From: Chiloscyllium plagiosum
Lineage: Eukaryota
NCBI RefSeq assembly: GCF_004010195.1
Contig: NC_057750.1
Coordinates: forward strand, 17,234,341-17,298,340
Direction of reading: 5' to 3'
Length of the DNA: 64,000 nt
Shown: positions 13,886 through 26,689 of the stretch, in pieces
How positions within the stretch are numbered: position 1 is the stretch's first letter
Layout: each line of letters starts with the position of its first letter
The notes under the pieces: generated by a model
Database searches by the model: none
Seen by the model: the letters and a program-made list of their open reading frames with translations, nothing else
Told to the model about the DNA's origin: nothing
Translations under genes and position numbers: made by a program

Positions 13886-14747
13886 CTCCCAGCAGGCAGC
13901 TGGCACAAGGCTTGTCCATCAATTGGGTTGCCAGACCATGAGGGCACCCCCATGACAGATTCAGCTTAGCTTGGGTACTGCAATGACCTCCTTTTCTATG
14001 TCACGTTCTCTCTGCCTAGCCCTTGGCTCACACTGTTAAGAATCTGTGTTGCTGAGAGCTTTCAGGTTGCAGAGGGAGCAGCCTTGACACAGCCATGAGT
14101 GATCACATGGAAATTGGCTGTGGGCTTTGGAAGCTTTGCAAAGCTTCTCTCTAATAATACAAACTATGAAACAGGTGAAGTGCAAGGCTCTCTTCCCAGA
14201 AGGCTGGAGCTGTCTGCATGCTAGCCTTTTTAGAGTTGGATTGGTTGCTGTTGCTGTTAAGGACTACAGTTTTTTGTCTGTTGGGTTTCTCTTGCATTGG
14301 TATGTGGAGGGCAGTCTGCAATAAAATTCAGCCTGAGGCCTATCACAACAAACTCTATGCCATTTCCTGGGCCTTGGTCTACAAATGAGCAGATAAATCA
14401 AACCCTGTCGCACTGTGTCGACTTTGATCTTGTGCAGGATCACATCCCGAGCAGCTGTCCACCTCATTTGGGCTCCTCGATTTGTTTTGCTCCAGCTGCT
14501 CTCATCCCCATCCTCCGTTTCCCAAACCATCACATTCTGATTTGCCTTTTCAACCTTCACGTTAACATCTATCACTCGTTTTATTTCTTTCAAATACAAA
14601 AGGATGTGGGTTCAGTCTCCCTCGATCCCCCCATGCCTCCCTACACTGTCTCTCTCTTTCTCTGCTCATGGTGATCACTAGCTGTGCCGGCTCAGTCCAC
14701 ACTGGGTCTACCATCAACCAAATCCAACATGGGTTGTCTTGGAGCCA

Positions 14748-15235
14748 GAAAGTCATCCAGCATGGAAATAGAGCCTTCAGACCAACCAGTCCACACCGAC
14801 TATGTTCCCAAACTAAACTAGTCCCACTTGCCTGCGCTTGGCCCATTTCCCTCCAGACCTTTCCTTTTCATGAGTTTCTCCAACTGTCTTCTGAACGTTG
14901 TAACTGTACATGCATCCACCACTTTCTCTGGCAGGTCATTCCACACACAAACTACTCTCTGTGTAAAACATTGCCCCTCATGTCCATTTTAAACCTTTCT
15001 CCGCTCACCTTAAAAATGTGACCCTAATTTTAATCTCTCCACCCTAGGGAAAAGACCCCTGTCATTCTTATGCATGCCCCTCATGATTTATAAACCTTAA
15101 TAAGGTCACTCCTCACCCTCCTACATTCCAGTAAAAAATGTCCCAGCCTTTCCAGTCTATTTTTATATCTCAAACCCTCCATTCCCAGCAACATCCTGGT
15201 AAATCTTTTCTGAACCCTCTCCAGTTTAATATCCT
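14748..15235 (-). mobile_element. HER1/CR1 3' fragment
   Basis: Starts with CAGCATGGAAATAGAGCCTTC, the same terminal signature as 17080, 34543 and 57340. Confidence 0.85.
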
Positions 15236-15254
15236 TCAGAAAGGAACAGGTAGG

Positions 15255-15785
15255 ATCCGCAGGATTAGTTGGAGATTAGATTGAGATTGGGGGGATAAGG
15301 TGAGGATCAGGAGTGATTGGGGATTGGAGGGAATTGAATAGAGTTTGAAGGGGATCAAGAAGGATTAGAGGGGATTGGGTGAGGATAATGGGATTGTGTG
15401 GAGATCAGAAAGGATTGTTTGGAGATAGAAGGGGTTTGGGTGGGGATTATGGGGGATTTAATGGGGATTAGGATTGGAGGAGTTTGCATAAGGATCAAAG
15501 AGATTTGAGTAAGGATTGAGGGAATTGGGTGAGGATCATTGGGGATTGAATGGGAATTGGTAGCAATTGGGGGAACTTCAGGATGGAATGAGTTGAGTGG
15601 GGATCAGTGGAGCTGAATGAGAATCAATATGGTTGAGAGGGGATTGGGTGAGAATAGGAGGGGGTTAGGTGAGAATTGAAGGGGTAATGGTTGGGAATTG
15701 GAGGTGATTGGGTGAGGATCAAGGAGGATTAGGTGAGGATCAGAGGGGATTGGTTGAGGATCAGAGAATTGGAGGGAATTGAGTG
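15255..15785. repeat. Degenerate G/A-rich low-complexity satellite (GGGATTGG/GAGGATCA units)
   Basis: Recurrent GGATT(G/A)G and GTGAGGATC over about 530 bp with strong purine bias. Confidence 0.8.
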
Positions 15786-17082
15786 TTCAAACCCAGATTC
15801 AAACAGATGACCTGAAACCATTAGGTTCTGTACAGGTGTCTCAGGAAAGAATTGGCCTGACCTGAGGAGGGAGGTGGCTAATACCCCAGCTCCTGATTGT
15901 TAGTCCGTAGAACTGGTTGAAAAATCTATTGAGGTGGAGCACCAGGCCACTGCAGCAATGCCTCCAAAGTCAAACCCTTTGATGTTTGAATATTTTTGAT
16001 TTGGGTCTTTGAGAAAGTAGAGACTTTCTATGTATAGACAAATAATGTTTAATGGTGGGGAAGAGAGCGTGAACAGACATTCACTGTTTATTGCCATTTT
16101 GTGAGATGGCAGTCCAAGTGAGACACAGAGTAGCTAACGACACTAGGCTTAGGTTTCAAGTAGGCAGAAGGCAACTCTTTCCATTACAGGTGGTGAGCAG
16201 ATTTAGCCAGAGAAAAGACATCAAAGGACTCTGCCACCTCCATTAAGTGCCTTTGGGTTAATAAAGTGCCTTTTCACAGTTAAATCATATCCAGCTCCTC
16301 GATTTTAACTGCCAAAGTGCAAAACCTCACATTGTATTCTATCTGCCAAGCTTTTCCCCACTCACTTAACATCTCTCTGTGTCACCCTCATTACTTGCCG
16401 TCCCACCTATTTTTGTGTCATCTTCAAACTCTCATCCATGCCTTTGTTCCCACTTGAGTTGACTAAGAATGATCAGGTAATGACCATCTCCAATAAGACA
16501 GAACCTAACCATTGCTCCAGTCAATGATATTACCATCATTGAATCCCCCACTGTCAACATCCTGGGGATTCCATTGACCAGAAACTGAACTTGACTCGCC
16601 ATATAAATGTTGTGGCTACAAGAGCATTTTAAGGAATACTGCAGTGAGTGACTGTTGTAGACATTTGTACTCTTGTAGCTGAAGATTTTACATTCACATT
16701 ACTGGTTACCATACCCTGAAGCCATCAAACCCATTATGCTATTGAACCTATATGCTTCTGCTTTCACCCAAAGGTCAGCTTAAACCTTCCTGGCATCTCT
16801 CAACAGCTGACACCAGTGCATTTGATCCCTGATATCGTTTTTAACCAGAACTGGCAGCATATTCATACAATATCAGACGTGACGTTGAAGGACTGAGGGC
16901 ATTGGACTTTGCCATCACCTCAGGATTAAGTCAGGTGCACATCATCACGAGTTACAACCATATGATCATTGAGGTAGCCAGAGATTGGCCTGTGGAGATT
17001 CATTGAGAGAAAGGTTATCTACTTGGAATGCTCAATTGATCTGTGAACACAAAAACAAACCTACTCTGTGTGTGCATTTATA

Positions 17083-18525
17083 TAGTCATAGAGATGTACA
17101 GCATGGAAACAGACCTTTCAATGCAACTCATCCATGCTGACCAGACATCCTAAATTAATCTAGTCCCACATGCCAATACTTGGCTCATATCCCTCTAAAC
17201 CCTTACTGTTCATGTACCCATCCAGATGCCTTTTAAATGCTGTAATTATACCAGCCTGTACCACTTCCTCTGGCAACTCATTCCATACACGTACCACCCT
17301 CTGGGTGAAAAAGTTGCCCCTTAGGTCCTTTTTAAAATTTTCTCCCTCACCTTAAATCTATGCCGTCTAGTTTTGGACTCCACTATCCTGGGTAAAAAAA
17401 AACTTGGCTATTTACCCTATCTATGCTCCTTATAATTTTATAAACATCTATAAGGTCACCCCTCAGCCTCTGACATTCCAGGGAAAATAGCCTCAGCATA
17501 TTCAGCCTCTCCCGATAGCTCAAACCCTCCAGCCTGGCAAAATCCGTGTGAATCGTTTCTGAATCCCTTCAAGTTTCACCACATCTTTCCTAAAGCAGGG
17601 TGACCAGAATTGAATGCAGTACTCCAAACGTGGCCTAACCAAGTCCTGTACAGCCGCAACATGGTGTCCCAACTTCTACACTCAATGCTCTGACTAATAA
17701 AGGCAAGCATACCAGATGCCTTCTTCACTATCCTGTCTATCTGCAACTCTACTTTCAAAGAACAATGAACCTGAACTCCAAGGTCTCTTAGTTCAGTAAC
17801 ACTCCCCAGAACCTTACCATTAAGTGTATAAGTCCTGCCCTGATTTACCTTTCCAAAATGAAGCACCTCACATTTATGTAAATTAACCTCCATCTGCCAT
17901 TCCTTGGCATATTGGCCCATCTGATTGAAGTCCAGTTGTACTCTGAGATAACCTTCTTCGCTGTCCACTGAATCTCTAATTTTGGTGTCATCTGCAAACT
18001 TACTAACCATACTTCCTATATTCACATACACATCAATCATATGATGACAAAAAGCAGTGGACCCAGCACTGATCACTGTGGCATAATGCTGGTCACAGGC
18101 CTCCAGACTGGAAAGCAACCATCCACCGCTCCCCTCAGTCTCCTACCTTTGAGCTAGTTCTGTATCCAAATGGCTAATTCTCCCTGTATTCCATGTGATC
18201 TAACCTTGCTAACCAGTCTCCCATGAGAAGCCTTGCTGGATGCCTTACTGAAGTCCATATGGAATCATGTCCACCTCTCTGCATTTATCAATCACCTTCG
18301 TTACCTCTTCAATAAACTCTATTAAGTTAATGAGACATGATGTCCCACTAAGCCATATTGACTAGCCCTAATCAGTCCTTGCCTTTCCAAATACATGTAA
18401 ATCCAACCTCAGGATTCCCTCCAACAATTTGCCCACCTCTGATGTTAAGCTCACCAGTCTATAGGTCCGTGGTTTTTCCTTACCACCTTTCTTAAATAAT
18501 GGCACCATGTTAGCCAGCCTCCAGC
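17083..18525 (-). mobile_element. HER1/CR1 LINE, RT region to 3' end
   Basis: ORF 17576-18118 contains SKFADDTKI...CEVLHFGK...DLGVQVH. Confidence 0.92.
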
Positions 18526-18534
18526 ACTTAGTTC

Positions 18535-20690
18535 AGATAGTTTGGATGGAGCAATTTTTGTCAGGTGTGTCCAGGCAGGGTTCTTGACTCAATATGTAGA
18601 TAGGCTGACTAGAGGGAGACCATATTGGATTTGGTGCTTGGCAATGAACCAGACCAGGTGTCAGATCTCTCAGTGGGAGAGCATTTCACTGATAGTGATC
18701 ACAACTCCCTGACCTTTACTATACTCATGGAGAGGGATAGGAGAACAAAGATTCTCAGGGAAATGCACAAAAGAACTATGGAGGTTGTTTAGGAAGCACT
18801 TGCTGATAGCGCTGGACAGATTTGTCCCACTGAGGCAAGGACGGGATGGTAGGGTGAAGGAACCTTGGGTGACGAGATGTGGAACATCTAGTCAAGAGGA
18901 AGAAGGAAGCTTACTTAAGGTTGAGGAGGCAAGAATCAGAAAGGGCTCGAGAGGGTTGCAAGGTAGCCAGGAAGGAACTGAAGAATGGACTTAGGAGAGC
19001 TAGAAGGGGGCATGAAAAAGCTTTAGGCATTCTAGACTTCCATGAGGAACAAGAGAATGGCCAGAGTGAGGGTAGGGCTGATCAGGGATAGTGGAGGGAA
19101 CTTGTACCTGGAGTCAAAGGAGGGAGGGGAGGTCCTTAATGAATAATTTGCTTCAATATTCATTACTGAGAGTAACCTTAATGTTTCTGAGGACAGCATG
19201 AAACAGACTGATGTGCTCAAATAAATTGATGTTAAAAAGGAGGATGTGCTGAAAATTTTGAAAATCATGAGGATACATAAATTCCCGGGGCCAGATGGTA
19301 TATACCTTTGGTTACTACAGGAAGCAAGGGAAGATATTGCTGCGCCTTTGATATGTGTGTCCTCACTGTTCACTGGAGTAGTACCAGATGATTGGAGAGT
19401 GGCAGATGTTATTCAAGAAAGGGAATAGGGCTAACCCTGGGAATTACAGACCAGTAAGTCTTAGGTCTATGGTAGGTAAAATATTGGTGAGGATTCTGAG
19501 AAACAGGATTTATGATTACTTGGAAAACCATTGTTTGATTAGAGATAGTCAGTCTGGCTTTGTGAGGGGCAAGTCATGCCTCACAAACCTTATTGAATTC
19601 CTTGAGGATGTGACAAAACACATTGATGAAGGTAGTATGGTGGATGTGGTGTACATGGATTTTAGCATGGCGTTTGATAAGGTTCCCCATGGTAGGCTAA
19701 TTCAGAAAGTAAGGAGGCATGGGTTACAGGGAAATCTGGGATACAGGCAAAATTGGCTGGCTCATAGAAGACAGAGGGTGGTGGTTTGTGGAAAGTATTA
19801 AGCCTGGAGCTCGGTAACCAGTGGTGTTCCACAGGGATCTGTTCTGGGACCTCTGCTCTTCGTGATTTTTATAAATGACTTGGATGAAGAAGTGGAATGG
19901 TGGGTTAGTAAGTTTGCCGATCACACGAAGGTTGGTGGAGTGGTGGATAGTGTGGAGGGCTGTTGTAGATTGCAATGGGACATTGACAGGATGCAGAGCT
20001 GGGCTGATACGTGGCAGATGGAGTTCAACCTGGAAAAATGTGAAGTGATTCACTTTGGAAGGTCAAATTTGAAGGTAGAATACCAGATTAAAGGCAGGAT
20101 TCTTGGCAGTGTGGAGGAACAGAGGGATCTTGGGATCCATGTCCATAGATCCCTCTAAGTTGATAGGGTTGTCAAGAAGCCATATGGTGTGTTGGGGGAT
20201 TGAGTTTAAGAGAAGCGAGCTTATGCTGCAGCCCTATAGAGCCCTAGTTAGACCAGACTAGCAATACTGTGTTCAGTTCTGGTTGCCTTATTAGAGGAAG
20301 GATGTGGAAGCTTTAGAGAGGTAGATGAGATTTATCAGGAAGCTGCCTGGCTTTTCTTATTGGAGTGAAGAAGGATGAGAGTTGACTTGATAGAGGTGTG
20401 CCAGATGTTGAGAGGCATAGATAGAGTGGATAACCAGAGACTTTTTCCCAGGGCAGAAATGACTATGTCAAGGGAGCATAATTTGAAGGTGATTGATGGA
20501 CGGTTTAGGGGAGATGTCAGAGATAGGTTCTTTATACAGAGAGTGGTGGGTGCATTGCCAACAGTGGTAGTAGAATCAGATACATTAGGGACATTTTAGC
20601 GACTCTTGGATAGGCACATAGATGACAGTGCAATGAAGGGTATGTAGGTTAGCCTGATCTTAGAGTAGGATAAAAGGTCAGAACAATACT
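18535..20690 (+). mobile_element. CR1 LINE, decayed ORF2
   Basis: PGNYRPVSL, GFVRGKSCLTNLIEF, YMDFSMAFDKVPH and SKFADHTK motifs. Confidence 0.93.
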
Positions 20691-20809
20691 CAGGAATCCA
20701 TTGACAGACTGGAAACAGAGTGGGAATAGATGTGTCTCTCTTCAGGTGACAGGCTGTGACTAGTTGGTACTGCAAGGATCCCTGCTTGAGTCCCAGCTAT
20801 TCACAAGGT

Positions 20810-21845
20810 ATATGTGGCATCAAGGAGCTATAGCCAAACAGGAATTAATGGTTTACAAGGAGAAAACTCTCCATTGAATGGAATAATACCTGGCACAAAA
20901 AATGATGGTTCCAATTCTTGGAAGTCAATGATCTCAGCTCCAGGACATCTCTGCAAGGGTTCCTCAGGATAGTATCCTATCCAACCATCTTAAACTGCTT
21001 CATCAATGTCCTTCCCTACATCATAAGGTCAAAAATGGGGACGTCTGTTGATGATTGCTCAATATTCAGCACCATTCATGATTCCTCTGACAGTGAAGCA
21101 TGTTCATGTTCAAATGTTCAAGATCTGGACAATATCCAGGCTTAGCAAGCAGCAAGTAACATTTGCACCACACAAATGCCAGGCAATAACTCTCTCCAAC
21201 AACAGACAATATATTTGCCACACTTTTGATATTCAGTAGAGTTACCATCAACATCACTATCAACATCCTTGTGATTACCATTGACCAGAAACTAAACTGG
21301 ACTCACGAATAAACACAGTGGCCACTAGAGCAGGTCAAGACTAGGAGTACTGCACCAAGTAACTCCCCAAAGCCTGTCCACCATCTATAAGGCACAAGTC
21401 AGGAGTGTAATGGAATATACCCCATTTGCTCCAACAACACTCAAGAAGCTTGACACATCCAGGACAAAGCAACCTACTTGATTCACACCACATTCTCAAG
21501 CATCCACTCCTTCCACCAGCAACAGTCCATTCCAGCAGTATCTACAAGATGCGCTGCAGGAATTCACCACAGCTCCTTAGACAGCACCTTCCAAAGCCAC
21601 GAACACTTCCATCAGACACATGGGAACAAAACATTCCCCTCCAAGGCACTAACCATCCTGAAATATATTGTTCCTTCAGTGTCGTAGGCTCAAAATCCTG
21701 GAATTCACTCCCTGTGGTGCATTGTGGGTAAACCCACAATGAGGTAAGAAGGCAGGTCACCAGTATCTCATCAAGGTCAACTAGAGATGGACAATTAATA
21801 TGGCCCAGACAAAAATGCCCACGTCCCACGAGTGAATAAAAAAAA
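20810..21845 (+). mobile_element. Second CR1-like LINE family, 3' part
   Basis: FINVLPYIIRSKMGTSVDDCSIFS and the GAATAAAAA end. Related pieces lie at 16470-16650, 32225-32680, 37245-38135, 50180-50575 and 54400-54965. Confidence 0.75.
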
Positions 21846-21890
21846 ATCTGGATGAGGGAAGCAAATGAAATATTTCCAGGTTTCTTGACA

Positions 21891-22601
21891 ATTGAATTGA
21901 ATTTACTTAGTTTTATTGTCAAGGACACTCGAGCAAGTGCAGTGAAAAGTTTGCAATGTCACCACTTAGGGCACCATCTTAGGTACAAGATACCTAGGTA
22001 CAACTACTTAAGTATTTGGCACAAAATTGAAACAATAATAAATAAAAGTCCTGCATAAGAATAAAAAGGATAAAAAGTACTTGATTAACAGTCCTTTCAG
22101 CCCAGTTTGTGTTAGCACCTAACCTCCAGACCATCCTGGGCCAAGTCTTCAGACCACACGGCTTCAAAACATGAGGCCATGCTCCAACCTACAAGGACCT
22201 CACCTCCTGGTGATGGCCTCTGGTCTCGGACACGCCTCTTCCCAAAGGGCTCCAGTCTGAGATCTGCCTCCTGTGCCACCCCCCTGGTCTGGGACTTCCC
22301 CCCTGGTGGGACTGGGACTCCCCTTCCCGTGCCAACCCCTCCCCCCCCGGTCTGGGCCGTCTGGGACTCCTCTCCCCGCGCCAACCCCCCCGGTCGTGGA
22401 CTGGTCTTCCCGCGCCATCCTCTGGTCTGGGATTCGCCTCCACAGGACGCCCTCTGATCTGGAAGTTGCCTCCTCCATTCGACTCTGAGCAAGTTTAAAA
22501 ATTTAAATTCTTTTTTAAACAAATTCAAGAAAAAAAAGAGAAAAAAAAGACTGGACAGAGCAGAGGAGCTCTGGCTGGAGCGTCCTTCTCTGCTGCCATC
22601 T
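21891..22601 (-). mobile_element. Short non-autonomous LINE-like element (Rex1/L2-type ends)
   Basis: The minus strand begins AGATGGCAGC, has a GC-rich internal region with repeated GGTCTGGGA motifs (+ strand reading), and ends with AATAAA plus a (TTCAA)n tail. Confidence 0.55.
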
Positions 22602-22604
22602 GGG

Positions 22605-23690
22605 TGAGATTGTGGGTTGTTTTTGGAGGACGTAAGGAGGCTTCAAATTGATTTAGACAGGTTGACTGAATGAGCAAACAGATGGCAGAAACAGCACAAC
22701 AAGGCGAAATGTGAAGTTATACACTTTGGAGTGAAAAACATAAAGGAAGAGTATTATTGAAATTGTGATATCTTGGTAAGTGTGGAAATCTGGCTGTACA
22801 GAGGGATCTGGGTGACCTTGTACACCAGTCATTGAAAGTAGCCATACAGGAGGAGTTAGCAATTAAAAAGACAAATGGTATATTGACATTGGCAAGAAGA
22901 TTTGAGTTCAGAAGTTGGGAGGTCTAATTACAGATGAACAGGGCTTTGGTGAGGCCCCCACCTGGAGTATTGTGAACAGTTTTGATTACCCCCCCCCCAG
23001 AAAAGATATACTTGCCATAGCAGGAGTTGCAGCAGGGGTCACTAAGCTGATACCAAGGATCATGGGACTGTTCTCTGAGAAGGGATTGGTTCGACTGAGC
23101 CTGTCTTCACTCGAGTTTAGAAGGATGATGTTGAAATGTATATAATTCTAACAGGGCTGGACTGCAGGAAGGATGTTTCCCTTGATTGGTGGGATTGACA
23201 ATGCAGTCACAGGATACAGGGGAGACTATTTAAGACAGAAAAGAGGAAAGACTTCTTCACCTGAAGACTAGTGACCCTGTGGAATTCTCTATCACCAAAG
23301 ACTATGGAGGCAGAGTAACTGAATATATTCAAGAAAGGTGCGTTTTTTTTTAGATTTTAAAGGTACCAAGGGGTTGGGCAGAAATTAGGAATATGGTACT
23401 GAGATGGAGGATCAGCCATGATCATATTGAATGGCCATGCAGGCTTGAAGGGACAAAAAAAACTGCAGATGCTGGTATCCAAGTTGGACAGGCAGGAAGC
23501 TGGAAGAACACAGCCAGCCAGGTAAAACCCTTCAGCCAGTCCTAAAGAAGAGGTTACACCTGAAATGTTGACGTTTCCACCTTCTGATGCTGCCTGGCTT
23601 GCCATGTTCCTCCAGCCTCCTGCTTGTTGACCTATGCAGGCTTTAAGGGACAACTAGCCGACTCCTGCTCCTGTTTTCTATGTTTGTAAA
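22605..23690 (+). mobile_element. Old CR1 fragment with a nested Penelope-type fold-back element at about 23455-23635
   Basis: CR1 3' motifs. The insert has inverted arms (GCAGGAAGCTGGAAGAACA / TGTTCCTCCAGCCTCCTGC). Confidence 0.7.
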
Positions 23691-25593
23691 CTTCTATCTA
23701 ATATGCTTCTCAAAACCACAACTTGACCAAATCTTGTGGTCCACCTGATGTGTCAATTATTTTCCTGAAATTGCACATTGAGCATTTACAGGATTTTGTT
23801 TCTTAAAGTGATGTTTGCATGCATACTGGAGTAGGGCTCCCTCATGGAGAGACTTCAGACCAGCCAGTGAATGGAAACATTGATAGGACCATGGTGAAGA
23901 TTGTTCACCTGACACTCAGGTTAAAGCGGATGACTACTGAGCTTTGGACAGAGCTCGGTTTAGCCATGCTGCACCTGACCTGTGAGCGTTTAATACAGGA
24001 GACTGGTTGCAAAGGGGGTGAAATTTTCCATCCCCAACAGAACATTTGTCATCCTAATGAGCGCACAACTTGGTTGCTGCAGCGAGAACTTGAGGCCTGT
24101 CCTCATTAAGATGAGAGATGTTCGCGCTGGTAATGGAACGCCTTCCTCCAGTCGCATTACCGTTAATAGAAGCCTTTCACTTGCACAGTGGTGGGATGGA
24201 GCAACCTCGCCTTCTAAGGCAGTGAAGTGCTTTGTGATCTGCACAGAGACTGAGGATCTTATATTGCCTTTAGACTGGTGCTGTTTGATTCGGATTCTGA
24301 AGAGCCAATTCTCTGTGAAATCGCTCCACTGCGAAATCTCACTGCACCCTCCCCGTGGATGTCTCCGTTAGATCTCTTCTGTCGGAGTCAATTTTGACAC
24401 CGTTGGCTCAGCCAGTGAGTTGTGATTGCAATTTATTCACAAACTTACAGTCCTGCAAATTCATGACTCAGCAGAGTCTCCAAACCCAAACTACAGCAGG
24501 CTCACTTCTCCAACTGAAACCTCCAGCACGGCAGCCCCCGGAACAATTGCTGGGGTAAATGGTCAGTCACTTGCAAGCTGACTGGGTCTTGTGGTGCTGC
24601 AGCTGGACTTTGGTCTGAGACTGGAGTAACAAGGGCAGCGTTCATTATGTAAAAATCCAAGTCGCTGGAATCAATCCACAAGAATCTCAATTTAAAGCAA
24701 GCTAATCTAACAGGAATGAAAAAAGAATCTTGTTAGTAATTAGTTGGACTCTGTGCATGTTCTTGTGAGCTGTACATGTTTCATTCACAAAGTGTAAGGC
24801 CAGTGTGACAAATGCATTTAGTATAAAGCAGAGAAGAGTTGGTCAGACCCACTGTGCTGTTACTGCAGCCGATGTCTGCATTTGTTATTCAAGACTAAAT
24901 ATTGGTTAAAGGATTGATTGTTACAGTCTGGAACACCACATAAATAATTTTAGAAGGCAGATCGACAGATATTTCCAAGCGAGTGTACACGTTAAACAAC
25001 ATGTTGTGGGACTGCGGTGTTTTGTTAGGACAGGTGTGGAGGGTCAAATGGCTTTATTCATGACTGTCCGACTCTCCAGTTCCATGAACAGTGAAATGTC
25101 CGGCTGTCCTTGAAAGTGAACATGCAATTCCTGCAATTTCCCATCTGTGCAGTGCTCTGCTGAAAGGCTACGCTTACCTTTAGGCAGAAAGACTTGAATT
25201 TGTATAGCACCTTTCACAGCCTTAGGGTATCAAAGGCGGAATGTATCAACAAAGAGAGCCGCAGATCAGTCACGTAGGACTTTCTGGAATGCCATGGATT
25301 CATCACCCATACAAAAGCAAGGAGAAAGAATTTGCATTCATACAGCACCTCAGGGTGTCTCACAACCGACACAGTCATTTTGTAGAGAGGTACTTGCTGT
25401 GATGCAGAAAATGCAACAGCCAAATGTCATGTGGACAGCAAGCTTCCAGGAATGACTGAGATAATCTCTTTTAGTGACAATCATGGCAGATCAGTGACAC
25501 CAGTAAGAGAGGGGACAACGGACTGAAGGGGATTTCTGCTCTTGTCCTCTGACCAATGATCCCAGTCAGAACAGTGTGAGGCCAGTGTGATGT

Positions 25594-25721
25594 TTCCTGA
25601 TGAAGGCCTTATGCCCGAAACGTCGATTCTCCTGCTCCTCGGATGCTGCCTGACCTGCTGCGCTTTTTCAGCACCACACTCTGGACTCTGATCTCTAGCA
25701 TCTGCAGTCCTCACTTTCTCC
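25594..25721 (+). mobile_element. Penelope family A terminal fragment with hammerhead core
   Basis: CTGATGA-A-GGCC-TTAT-GCCC-GAAACGTC at 25597-25624, followed by the family A tail ending CACTTTCTCC. Confidence 0.85.
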
Positions 25722-25959
25722 TTGTATGGTTAAATAGCCTCCCCACAGTGATACCCAACTGAAAAGTGGGCAGCATGTTGATAGGTATCTAGCATTCGAA
25801 ATGACCCACTACCTTTGGGAGCGGGGGTGGGGGAGAGGGGGGCAAAGTGTTCGTGATATCTTATTCTTACAAAGTCCAAATGGGCTGAACGGCCTTCTGG
25901 GTGTGATGTGACAGGCTCTGAGTAAAAGCAAGATTCCGCGCTTGTTGTAAATGGAAACA

Positions 25960-26350
25960 TAAGCAGAAAACGCTGAAGGAACTCAGCGCGTCTGGGCAGC
26001 GTCTCCGGATAGAGGGAGAAGTGAGCCCAAGTGTTTGGTGCTGGAAAAGCACAGCTGGTCGGGAAACATCTGAGGAACAGGAGAGGCGACGTTTCGACCA
26101 TAAACTCTTCATCAGGAATCAGCTTATGTTCGAAACGTCGATGCTCCTGCTCCTCGGATGCTGCCTGACCTGCTGTGCTTTTCCAGCAACAATTCTGATC
26201 CCCAGTCCTCACTTTCTCCCGGATAGAGAAAGAAACGGAGTCTGATGTGATTCTTCTTCAGAACCACATTATGTCAGACTTGAGAAGTTAACTGTCTGTC
26301 TGTACAGATACTGCCAGACCTGCTGAGTTTCTCCAGTATTGTCTCTTTAT
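25960..26350. mobile_element. Nested fold-back Penelope-derived elements (family A hairpin at 26015-26219 inside a family B hairpin)
   Basis: Inner inverted arms, with TSD CGGATAGAG at 26006-26014 and 26220-26228. Confidence 0.8.
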
Positions 26351-26689
26351 TATGGCAAGGTCATTCGATCTAATTTCAACATCTACCCTTCCTTTTGGAC
26401 TATAACCTGGTGTTGTGATTTTTAACCAAATAAACCTGTTGGACTATAACTTGGTGTTGTGTGATTTTTAACTAAGCGAGGAATTCCATCTCCTAGCTGG
26501 GGCCCCTTAATTCTTCGTCTGTCGCGTGTTTTCAGGGATTTAACTTGATTTTGCAACCGAAGTAAATATGATGTGCGAAAATAGTTTCTCACGCTGAGGT
26601 TCACATGTGGAACACACTGCTTGGAGTGGGGTAGAGGTATTGGAGAGCGTATTAGGGATGTTCAGGGGAATAGCATGAGTCGGACGGGC

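Noticed and set aside
14264..14674. Overlapping 111-aa and 125-aa ORFs in non-CR1 sequence
   Set aside because: No recognisable domain or splice context. Possibly an old transposon remnant.
16846..17007. Short open frame (ELAAYSYNIRRDVEGLRALDFAITSGLSQVHIIT...) after an AG, faintly RNase H-like
   Set aside because: No recognisable homologue and no partner exons.
17083..20690. Head-to-head CR1 pair as a single inverted (twin-primed) insertion
   Set aside because: The halves overlap in RT content and have different 3' tails and subfamily signatures, so they are two independent insertions.
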